DNA of 52,851 nt from Octopus sinensis (lineage: Eukaryota), in assembly GCF_006345805.1 (NCBI RefSeq), contig NW_021833910.1, positions 1 to 52,851 of the forward strand, written 5' to 3'. Positions 1 through 11,400 of the stretch are shown in pieces. The notes under the pieces were generated by a model. The model was not told the DNA's origin and ran no database searches. It saw only the letters and a program-made list of their open reading frames with translations. The position numbers and the translations under genes were made by a program. Each line of letters starts with the position of its first letter. Position 1 is the stretch's first letter.

Positions 1-147
1 GTGCATAACTGGTACTTAATTTATCAACCCCGAAAGAATGAAAGCAAAGTCGACCTCGGCAGAATTTGAACTCAGAACGTAACAACAGACGAAATACCGC
101 AAAGCATTTTGCCCAGCGTGCTAACATTCTGCCAGTTCACTGCCTTA
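1..147 (-). mobile_element. tRNA-derived SINE, family A, 5' part (runs off the window edge)
   Basis: Reverse complement reads aaggcagtgaactggcagaatgttagcacg...gagttcaaattc, with A-box-like and B-box-like motifs. Homologous to the copies at 24661, 29003, 30040, 37306 and 46355. Confidence 0.85.
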
Positions 148-254
148 AATATATGGAATGCTTCACATATTTGGGTGTCATCCTTGCAAAGGGGCCATGC
201 TAATCTTCACGTGTATCATTCCAATGTTTAGTATATGTATTGCCAAAGCAATAC
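148..254 (-). pseudogene. U6: U6 snRNA pseudogene, near full length
   Basis: Reverse complement aligns along the whole U6 sequence (…catatactaaacattggaatgatac…gaagattagcatggcccc…aaggatgacac…gtgaagcattccatat). The ACAGAGA box is mutated to ACACGTG. Confidence 0.9.
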
Positions 255-261
255 ATATACT

Positions 262-392
262 AAGCGTCTTTCAGTTTCTGTCTACCATCCACTCACACAA
301 GCTTTGGTCAACCTGAAGCTACAGTAGAAGACACTTACCCAGAACCATGTGGTGAGAACAACAAGCTTCTACCACACAGCCATTCTGCACCT
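262..392 (-). mobile_element. SINE family B, degenerate 5' half
   Basis: Homologous to the head of the full copy at 18079-18486 (ggctgtgtggta…cacatggttc…agtgtcttctactgtagc). Confidence 0.75.
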
Positions 393-531
393 ATATATAC
401 ATGTTATAGTAGACGGCGGGATATAAATAGTATCCAAGCAGATGCTGAATTTCTCTATGTAAAATACCAATGCTGGTTCCTTCAGAGGTGTGTAGAAATA
501 CACAAAAGTTTGAAAGTTTCAAATTTTTTAT

Positions 532-1155
532 TCTCCTTATATTCTTTTACTTGTTTCAGTCATTTGACTGTGGCCAAGCTGGAGCACCACCTTTAGTCGA
601 GCAAATTGACCCCAGGACTTATTCTTTGTTAGCCTAGCAGTTAATCTATCGGTTCTTTTCGCCGAACCGCTAAGTTACGGGGACGTAAATGCACCAGCAT
701 CGATTGTCAAACAATGTTGGAGGGACAAGCACAGATGCGCAAACATATACACACACACATACATATATATATATATATGCCGTTTGCCAGCCTCGTCTGG
801 CACCTGTGCAAGTGGCACGTAAAAAGCACCCACTACACTCATGGAGTGGTTGGCGTTAGGGAGGGCATCCAGCCGTAGAAACACTGCCAGATCAGACTGG
901 GCCTGGTGCAGCCTCCTGGCTTCCCAGACCCCAGTTGAACCGTCCAACCCATGCTAGCATGGAAAACGGACGCTAAACGATGATGATGATGATATGATGA
1001 TATGACAGGCTTCTTTCAGTTTCCGTCTACCAAATACACTCACAAGGCTTTGGTGAGGCTGAGGCTATATAGTAGAAGAAACTTGCCCAAGGTGCTGTGC
1101 AGTGGGACTGAACCCGGGCGCATGTGGTTGGTAAACAAACTTCTCACCACACAGT
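532..1155 (-). mobile_element. SINE family B interrupted by a family C element in its internal microsatellite
   Basis: 3' half at 532-770 (ttttacttgtttcagtcatttgactg…) and 5' half at about 994-1155 (gacaggcttctttcagtttccgtctacc…) flank a family C copy. Confidence 0.8.
781..993 (+). mobile_element. Family C retroposon 3' end with (GAT)n tail
   Basis: ggcacctgtgc…aaaagcacccactac…gggcatccagccgtagaaacactgccagatcagac…gctaaacgatgatgatg. Homologous to 3924, 5401, 39770, 41160, 48489 and 49296. Confidence 0.8.
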
Positions 1156-1371
1156 CACAAGTGTGAATACAGTCATTCTAATACCAGACCATACAACCAC
1201 CACACACCACCACTGCCACCACCACCAGGGCCACCATCACCTTTTACCACAGTAACAATTCCATTGTACACGTCTGCATCTTTCCTTTAAATTCTTCTTT
1301 TGATCTGTTCTTTGGTAAACATCAGTCTCCAAATGTCTCTCAGTCCAAGCCTCTCCCTACCTGTCTCCATA

Positions 1372-1407
<36 letters not shown>

Positions 1408-1448
1408 ATATATATTATATATATATATTATATATATATATAATCTAC

Positions 1449-1497
<49 letters not shown>

Positions 1498-1499
<2 letters not shown>

Positions 1500-1702
1500 C
1501 GGGAAGCTTTATGAAAATAAACAAAAGACGAAGGCAGTGGAAAACAAACGAACAATTGTATTAGTATGGCGCTCAGGAAATATAAATAAAACAAGTCTTT
1601 AACGTTTCGAGCCTACGCTCTTCAACAGAAAGATACACAGAGAGAGAAAACACAGAAGAAGAGAGAAAAAAAATGCGTGCAGTAGCTAACGAATCAACAT
1701 GG

Positions 1703-1703
<1 letters not shown>
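1498..1703 (-). mobile_element. Penelope-like LTR-type repeat (family P1) inserted in (TA)n
   Basis: About 205-bp island between TA arrays, homologous to 45133-45330, carrying a hammerhead-like motif. The PLE assignment is inferred from that motif and the context. Confidence 0.6.
1596..1633 (-). ncRNA. Candidate minimal type I hammerhead ribozyme (variant core CUGUUGA)
   Basis: Minus strand: UCUUU-CUGUUGA-A-GAGC(GUAG)GCUC-GAAA-CG-U-U-AAAGA. Stem I 5 bp, stem II 4 bp, palindromic ACGU stem III. Confidence 0.55.
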
Positions 1704-1748
<45 letters not shown>

Positions 1749-2083
1749 GTATATATATATATTATATATATATATATATATATACAGACACATATATATA
1801 TACACATACACACGCTACACATATATATAAACATATACACATATATGTATGCATATACATGCACATGTATATACACACACACCACACACATACACACATA
1901 TATATATATATATATACACACATACACATTTATTTACATATACATACATATATTTATATACATATATACACATATATATATAAATATAGACACACACACA
2001 CTCACGCACACACATATATATATATACATACATATATATATATATTACATGGAGATATATATGTGGATATATATATATATATG

Positions 2084-2125
<42 letters not shown>

Positions 2126-2607
2126 CATATTAATACATACATATACATATTTATATCATATATCTATACACATGCATTAATATATTTATTATATACATAC
2201 ATATACATATTCATATATATATACACATACGTTAATATATTTATACCATACATACATAAATATATATATACAGATACACACCACACACACACACACACAG
2301 ACACACACACACATATATATACACATATATACACACAGCTGTCTCACCATTTTCCTACTCTCTTTCCTGTTCTCTCTCTTTCCTCTGTTGTTTGTAGAAA
2401 TATGTGGGGGTGTGTGTGAGTGTGGGTGTTTGCGGGGTGGATGTGTAGGTGTCAGTGTCACAAGTGTATGTCACATTAGCTGTCTGTGGCAGCTGTGATG
2501 GTTGAGGTGACAGTTGCAGTGGTATCTGATGCTTCAGTGATAGTGTGTAGTTGACAAAGACACTGGTTAACTATCAGGCAACCACATGCACGCATACGGT
2601 CATCTAA

Positions 2608-2610
2608 CTG

Positions 2611-2667
<57 letters not shown>

Positions 2668-2676
2668 ATACCTAAA

Positions 2677-2710
<34 letters not shown>

Positions 2711-2723
2711 CCTATCTACCTAC

Positions 2724-2762
<39 letters not shown>

Positions 2763-2815
2763 CCTATCTACCTATCTATCTATCTATCTATCTATATATT
2801 TATGTTTGTGTGTGT

Positions 2816-2859
<44 letters not shown>

Positions 2860-2865
2860 ATATAT

Positions 2866-2900
<35 letters not shown>
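2608..2900. repeat. (TATC)n, (TG)n and (GA)n microsatellites
   Basis: Direct inspection. Confidence 0.95.
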
Positions 2901-3171
2901 GAGGAGGAGAGCAAGAGACAGATAAATAGTGGTATTTATGACAATGGTGGTGGTGCTACTATATCTATTTATCTATATATACACATAAATATATATATAT
3001 ATATATATACACATAAATATATACATATATATATACACTCACACACACATATATATATATACATATATATAAACACAAACATTTATACATACACACACAC
3101 ATATATATATACATACACATGCATACATATATATATATACATATATCTGTGTATGTATATGTATATAGATA

Positions 3172-3568
3172 TCTTTATATATAAAAGTAAGGTTGTGTGC
3201 TGTCTGTCTCCTACGATTTAGATTCCTAACTACTCCCACATTTTGCGGTGCAGTTTAACCAAAACCTGGTATATTATAGTCGTGATTCATATCGAGCCCG
3301 TCTGGGTATTAGCACGCGTCTACGAGGAGTCTACGATTTAAAAAAAATTTACCATCAATTTTTCCCATTTTTAATGCATTTTTGGCATATATAAGGGAAG
3401 TAACTCTCTAAAACTTTATTATTAAATCTCAGAACGTAAAATGCTACAGTAACACCCCTTACCTTTGTGGTTAGCCATATTGAGATGGCTATTATACTTT
3501 ACATCTCTGAAAATGCTTATATAGTTATTTCCCTTACAAACCCGAGCAACGCCGGGCGATACTGCTCG
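3172..3568 (+). mobile_element. Non-autonomous Helitron
   Basis: Starts A|TCTTTATATATAAAAG. Ends with the GC hairpin cccgagcaacgccggg followed by CTCG|T, a degenerate CTAG. AT insertion site, no TSD. The same 3' hairpin occurs at 32667-32695. Confidence 0.75.
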
Positions 3569-3570
3569 TA

Positions 3571-3605
<35 letters not shown>

Positions 3606-3633
3606 GTATGTATGTGTGTGTGTGTGTGTGAGT

Positions 3634-3673
<40 letters not shown>

Positions 3674-3921
3674 GTGTATGTAATATATAAATATATATAT
3701 ATATATATACATACATAACGAAGACATGACACGATGTAGGTAAAGACATTTGAGAAATTTGAAAAGTTAACACAAAACCAGTAATTTCTCCAAAAACGAT
3801 GTTACTATATGCAAAATTTTCTAACATTTTTCTAACATAACGACTTAGATATATTCTTTAACCTTATAAAACAAGCCTTCTGTAGTTTTTTCACTCTTTT
3901 CTATTTTCTATAGATATATAT

Positions 3922-3923
<2 letters not shown>

Positions 3924-3953
<30 letters not shown>

Positions 3954-4412
3954 TTAGCGTCCGTTTTCCATGCTAGCATGTGTTGGACGGTTCAACTGGG
4001 GTCTTTGAAGCTGGAAGGCTTCATCAGGCCCAGTCAGATCTGGCAGTGTTTCTACGGCTGGATGCCCTTCCTAACGCCAACCACTCCGAGAGTGTAGTGG
4101 GTGCTTTTTACGTGCCACCGGCACAGGTGCCAGACAGAGCTGGCAAACGGCCACGAACGGATGGTGCTTTTACGTGTCACCGGCACGGGGGCCAGACAGA
4201 GCTGGCAAACGGCCACGAAACGGATGGTGCTTTTATGTGTCACCGGCACGGGGGCCAGGCAAGGCTGGCAACGGACACGAACGGATGGTGCTTTTACGTG
4301 CCACCAACACGGGGGCCAGACAGAGCTGGCAAACGGCCACGAAACGGATGGTGCTTTTACGTGTCACCGGCACGGGGGCCAGGCGAGGCTGGCAACGGAC
4401 ATGAATGGATGG
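3924..4412 (-). mobile_element. Family C retroposon with an internal ~64-bp VNTR (about 4-5 units)
   Basis: (CAT)n tail at left, then the family C body, then repeated ggatggtgcttttacgtg(t/c)caccggcacgggggccag…ctggcaa units. Confidence 0.85.
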
Positions 4413-4416
4413 GCTT

Positions 4417-4458
<42 letters not shown>

Positions 4459-4706
4459 ATATATATATATAAAAATAGCTACTTTTAGCTATAGGCTGAA
4501 ACAGCTGTAAGAAATGATTTTAATGATTTCAATAATTTATATTATAATTTTATATAATTTCTATTCTTATCTTATATGTATTGAATTTTAAGAATATTGT
4601 TTGCTCTTAAGGTCCTCATCTTGTTGAATGAATAAATAATCAAACATTCTAATATCCGAAAGTTGATGAACAAACTAAATTTGTATCTCCGTTTTCTTAT
4701 TTGTAT

Positions 4707-4737
<31 letters not shown>

Positions 4738-4754
4738 ATATTATATATATATAT

Positions 4755-4786
<32 letters not shown>

Positions 4787-4870
4787 TATATATATATATA
4801 TATGTGAGTTGTGTGTACATACATATATGTACATGTCCATACATACATACATATATATATATATATATCT

Positions 4871-5076
4871 TTATTCTTTACTCTTTTACTTGTTTCAGTC
4901 ATGTGACTGGCCATGCTGGAGGACTGCCTCTATAGTCGAGCAAATCGACCCCAGGACTTATTCTATCGGTCTCTTTTGCCGAACCGCTAAGTTACAGGGA
5001 CGTAAACACACCAGCACCGTTGTCAAGCGATGTTGGGAGTACAAACACAGACACACAAACATATACACACACATAA

Positions 5077-5153
<77 letters not shown>

Positions 5154-5343
5154 CATATATATATGTATATAAACATAAATACGATGGCATCTTTCAGTTT
5201 CCGTCTACCTAATCCACTCACAAGGCATTGGTCGGCCCGAGGCTATAATAGAAGACACTTACCCAAGGTGCCACACAGTGGGACTGAACTCGGAACCATG
5301 TGGTTCGTAAGCAAGCTACTTACCACACACCCATTCCTATGCC
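4871..5343 (-). mobile_element. SINE family B, full length with internal (TA)n
   Basis: Both halves present and homologous to 18079-18486. Confidence 0.85.
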
Positions 5344-5400
5344 TATATATGTATGTACATATATATATACAAACATACATATATATATATATATAAATAT

Positions 5401-8400
5401 CATCATCCTCATCATCATCGTTTAACATCCATTTTCCATGCTAGCACGGGTTGGATGGTTCGACCAGGGTCTGGGAAGCCAGGAGGCTGCACCAGGCTAC
5501 AGTCTGATCTGGAAGTGTTTCTACAGCTGGATGCCCTTCCTAACGCCAACCACTCCGTGAGTGTAGTGGGTGCTTTTTACGTGCCACTGGCACAGGTGCC
5601 AGGGGTGGCTGGCAACAGCCACAATCGTTGGCGCATTTTACCTGCCAGCGGCACGGAAGCCAGTCAAGGCGGGACTAGCATCAGTCATATTCAGATGGTG
5701 CTTTTTACATGCCACCGGCACGGAAGCCAGTCGAGGCGGCATTGGCATCAGCCACGTTCGGATTGTGCTTTTTACATGCCACCGGCACGGAAGCCAGTCG
5801 AGGCGGCATTGGCATCAGCCACGTTCGGATTGTGCTTTTTACATGCCACCGGCACGGAAGCCAGTCGAGGCGGCATTGGCATCAGCCACGTTCGGATTGT
5901 GCTTTTTACATGTCACCGGCACGGAAGCCAGTCGAGGCGGCATTGGCATCAGCCACGTTCGGATTGTGCTTTTTACATGTCCCCGGCACGGAAGCCAGTC
6001 GAGGCGGCATTGGCATCAGCCACGTTCGGATTGTGCTTTTTACATGCACCGGCACGGAAGCCAGTCGAGGCGGCATTGGCATCAGCCACGTTCGGATTGT
6101 GCTTTTTACATGCCACCGCACGGAAGCCAGTCGAGGCGGCATTGGCATCAGCCACGTTCAGATTGTGCTTTTTACATGCCACCGGCACGGAAGCCAGTCG
6201 AGGCGGCATTGGCATCAGCCACGTTCGGATTGTGCTTTTTACATGCCACCGGCACGGAAGCCAGTCGAGGCGGCATTGGCATCAGCCACGTTCGTTCGGA
6301 TTGTGCTTTTTACATGCCACCGGCACGGAAGCCAGTCGAGGCGGCATTGGCATCAGCCACGTTCGGATTGTGCTTTTTACATGCCACCGGCACGGAAGCC
6401 AGTCGAGGCGGCATTGGCATCAGCCACGTCGGATTGTGCTTTTTACATGCCACCGGCACGGAAGCCAGTCGAGGCGGCATTGGCATCAGCCACGTTCGGA
6501 TTGTGCTTTTTACATGTCACCGGCACGGAAGCCAGTCGAGGCGGCATTGGCATCAGCCACGTTCGGATTGTGCTTTTTACATGCCACCGGCACGGAAGCC
6601 AGTCGAGGCGGCATTGGCATCAGCCACTTTCGGATTGTGCTTTTTACATGTCCACCGGCACGGAAGCCAGTCGAGGCGGCATTGGCATCAGCCACGTTCG
6701 GATTGTGCTTTTTACATGTCACCGGCACGGAAGCCAGTCGAGGCGGCATTGGCATCAGCCACGTTCGGATTGTGCTTTTTACATGCCACCGGCACGGAAG
6801 CCAGTCGAGGCGGCATTGGCATCAGCCACGTTCGGATTGTGCTTTTTACATGCCACCGGCACGGAAGCCAGTCGAGGCGGCATTGGCATCAGCCACGTTC
6901 GGATTGTGCTTTTTACATGTCACCGGCACGGAAGCCAGTCGAGGCGGCATTGGCATCAGCCACGTTCGGATTGTGCTTTTTACATGCCACCGGCACGGAA
7001 GCCAGTCGAGGCGGCATTGGCATCAGCCACGTTCGGATTGTGCTTTTTACATGCCACCGGCACGGAAGCCAGTCGAGGCGGCATTGGCATCAGCCACGTT
7101 CGGATTGTGCTTTTTACATGCCACCGGCACGGAAGCCAGTCGAGGCGGCATTGGCATCAGCCACGTTCGGATTGTGCTTTTTACATGCCACCGGCACGGA
7201 AGCCAGTCGAGGCGGCATTGGCATCAGCCACGTTCGGATTGTGCTTTTTACATGCCACCGGCACGGAAGCCAGTCGAGGCGGCATTGGCATCAGCCACGT
7301 TCGGATTGTGCTTTTTACATGTCACCGGCACGGAAGCCAGTCGAGGCGGCATTGGCATCAGCCACGTTCGGATTGTGCTTTTTACATGTCACCGGCACGG
7401 AAGCCAGTCGAGGCGGCATTGGCATCAGCCACGTTCGGATTGTGCTTTTTACATGTCACCGGCACGGAAGCCAGTCGAGGCGGCATTGGCATCAGCCACG
7501 TTCGGATTGTGCTTTTTACATGTCACCGGCACGGAAGCCAGTCGAGGCGGCATTGGCATCAGCCACGTTCGGATTGTGCTTTTTACATGTCACCGGCACG
7601 GAAGCCAGTCGAGGCGGCATTGGCATCAGCCACTTTCGGATTGTGCTTTTTACATGTCACCGGCACGGAAGCCAGTCGAGGCGGCATTGGCATCAGCCAC
7701 TTTCGGATTGTGCTTTTTACATGCCACCGGCACGGAAGCCAGTCGAGGCGGCATTGGCATCAGCCACGTTCGGATTGTGCTTTTTACATGCCACCGGCAC
7801 GGAAGCCAGTCGAGGCGGCATTGGCATCAGCCACGTTCGGATTGTGCTTTTTACATGTCACCGGCACGGAAGCCAGTCGAGGCGGCATTGGCATCAGCCA
7901 CTTTCGGATTGTGCTTTTTACATGTCACCGGCACGGAAGCCAGTCGAGGCGGCATTGGCATCAGCCACGTTCGGATTGTGCTTTTACATGCCACCGGCAC
8001 GGAAGCCAGTCGGCGGCATTGGCATCAGCCACGTTCGGATTGTGCTTTTTACATGTCACCGGCACGGAAGCCAGTCGAGGCGGCATTGGCATCAGCCACG
8101 TTCGGATTGTGCTTTTTACATGTCACCGGCACGGAAGCCAGTCGAGGCGGCATTGGCATCAGCCACGTTCGGATTGTGCTTTTTACATGCCACCGGCACG
8201 GAAGCCAGTCGAGGCGGCATTGGCATCAGCCACTTTCGGATTGTGCTTTTTACATGCCACCGGCACGGAAGCCAGTCGAGGCGGCATTGGCATCAGCCAC
8301 GTTCGGATTGTGCTTTTTACATGCCACCGGCACGGAAGCCAGTCGAGGCGGCATTGGCATCAGCCACGTTCGGATTGTGCTTTTTACATGTCACCGGCAC

Positions 8401-11400
8401 GGAAGCCAGTCGAGGCGGCATTGGCATCAGCCACGTTCGGATTGTGCTTTTTACATGCCACCGGCAGGAAGCCAGTCGAGGCGGCATTGGCATCAGCCAC
8501 GTTCGGATTGTGCTTTTTACATGCCACCGGCACGGAAGCCAGTCGAGGCGGCATTGGCATCAGCCACGTTCGGATTGTGCTTTTTACATGCCACGCACGG
8601 ACGAAGCCAGTCGAGGCGGCGGCATTGGCATCAGCCACGTTCGGATTGTGCTTTTTACATCATGCCAGGCACGGAAGCCAGTCGAGGCGGCATTGGCATC
8701 AGCCACTTTCGGATTGTGCTTTTTACATGCCACCGGCACGGAAGCCAGTCGAGGCGGCATTGGCATCAGCCACGTTCGGATTGTGCTTTTTACATGCCAC
8801 CGGCACGGAAGCCAGTCGAGGCGGCATTGGCATCAGCCACGTTCGGATTGTGCTTTTTACATGCCACCGGCACGGAAGCCAGTCGAGGCGGCATTGGCAT
8901 CAGCCACGTTCGGATTGTGCTTTTTACATGCCACCGGCACGGAAGCCAGTCGAGGCGGCATTGGCATCAGCCACGTTCGGATTGTGCTTTTTACATGCCA
9001 CCGGCACGGAAGCCAGTCGAGGCGGCATTGGCATCAGCCACTTTCGGATTGTGCTTTTTACATGTCACCGGCACGGAAGCCAGTCGAGGCGGCATTGGCA
9101 TCAGCCACGTTCGGATTGTGCTTTTTACATGCCACCGGCACGGAAGCCAGTCGAGGCGGCATTGGCATCAGCCACGTTCAGATTGTGCTTTTTACATGTC
9201 ACCGGCACGGAAGCCAGTCGAGGCGGCATTGGCATCAGCCACGTTCGGATTGTGCTTTTACATGCCACCGGCACGGAAGCCAGTCGAGGCGGCATTGGCA
9301 TCAGCCACGTTCAGATTGTGCTTTTTACATGTCACCGGCACGGAAGCCAGTCGAGGCGGCATTGGCATCAGCCACGTTCAGATTGTGCTTTTTACATGCC
9401 ACCGGCACGGAAGCCAGTCGAGGCGGCATTGGCATCAGCCACGTTCGGATTGTGCTTTTTACATGCCACCGGCACGGAAGCCAGTCGAGGCGGCATTGGC
9501 ATCAGCCACGTTCGGATTGTGCTTTTTACATGTCACCGGCACGGAAGCCAGTCGAGGCGGCATTGGCATCAGCCACGTTCAGATTGTGCTTTTTACATGC
9601 CACCGGCACGGAAGCCAGTCGAGGCGGCATTGGCATCAGCCACGTTCGGATTGTGCTTTTTACATGCCACCGGCACGGAAGCCAGTCGAGGCGGCATTGG
9701 CATCAGCCACGTTCGGATTGTGCTTTTTACATGTCACCGGCACGGAAGCCAGTCGAGGCGGCATTGGCATCAGCCACGTTCAGATTGTGCTTTTTACATG
9801 CCACCGGCACGGAAGCCAGTCGAGGCGGCATTGGCATCAGCCACGTTCGGATTGTGCTTTTTACATGCCACCGGCACGGAAGCCAGTCGAGGCGGCATTG
9901 GCATCAGCCACGTTCGGATTGTGCTTTTTACATGTCACCGGCACGGAAGCCAGTCGAGGCGCGACATTGGCATCAGCCACGTTCGGATTGTGCTTTTTAC
10001 ATGTCACCGGCACGGAAGCCAGTCGAGGCGGCATTGGCATCAGCCACGTTCAGATTGTGCTTTTTACATGTCACCGGCACGGAAGCCAGTCGAGGCGGCA
10101 TTGGCATCAGCCACGTTCAGATTGTGCTTTTTACATGCCACCGGCACGGAAGCCAGTCGAGGCGGCATTGGCATCAGCCACGTTCGGATTGTGCTTTTTA
10201 CATGCCACCGGCACGGAAGCCAGTCGAAGCGGCATTGGCATCAGCCACGTTCGGATTGTGCTTTTTACATGTCACCGGCACGGAAGCCAGTCGAGGCGGC
10301 ATTGGCATCAGCCACGTTCGGATTGTGCTTTTTACATGCACCGGCACGGAAGCCAGTCGAGGCGGCATTGGCATCAGCCACGTTCGGATTGTGCTTTTTA
10401 CATGTCACCGGCACGGAAGCCAGTCGAGGCGGCATTGGCATCAGCCACGTTCGGATTGTGCTTTTTACATGCCACCGGCACGGAAGCCAGTCGAGGCGGC
10501 ATTGGCATCAGCCACGTTCGGATTGTGCTTTTACATGCCACCGGCACGGAAGCCAGTCGAGGCGGCATTGGCATCAGCCACGTTCGGATTGTGCTTTTTA
10601 CATGTCACCGGCACGGAAGCCAGTCGAGGCGGCATTGGCATCAGCCACGTTCGGATTGTGCTTTTTACATGCCACCGGCACGGAAGCCAGTCGAGGCGGC
10701 ATTGGCATCAGCCACGTTCGGATTGTGCTTTTTACATGTCACCGGCACGGAAGCCAGTCGAGGCGGCATTGGCATCAGCCACGTTCGGATTGTGCTTTTT
10801 ACATGTCACCGGCACGGAAGCCAGTCGAGGCGGCATTGGCATCAGCCACGTTCGGATTGTGCTTTTTACATGCCACCGGCACGGAAGCCAGTCGAGGCGG
10901 CATTGGCATCAGCCACGTTCGGATTGTGCTTTTTACATGCCACCGGCACGGAAGCCAGTCGAGGCGGCATTGGCATCAGCCACGTTCGGATTGTGCTTTT
11001 TACATGCCACCGGCACGGAAGCCAGTCGACGGCATTGGCATCAGCCACGTTCGGATTGTGCTTTTTACATGTCACCGGCACGGAAGCCAGTCGAGGCGGC
11101 ATTGGCATCAGCCACGTTCGGATTGTGCTTTTTACATGTCACCGGCACGGAAGCCAGTCGAGGCGGCATTGGCATCAGCCACGTTCGGATTGTGCTTTTT
11201 ACATGTCACCGGCACGGAAGCCAGTCGAGGCGGCATTGGCATCAGCCACGTTCGGATTGTGCTTTTTACATGTCACCGGCACGGAAGCCAGTCGAGGCGG
11301 CATTGGCATCAGCCATGTTCGGATTGTGCTTTTTACATGTCACCGGCACGGAAGCCAGTCGAGGCGGCATTGGCATCAGCCACGTTCGGATTGTGCTTTT

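Larger units (their letters stand above)
1370..2340. repeat. Compound (TA)n/(CA)n microsatellite region
   Basis: Visible dinucleotide runs; source of the YI/HT-rich spurious ORFs. Confidence 0.95.
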
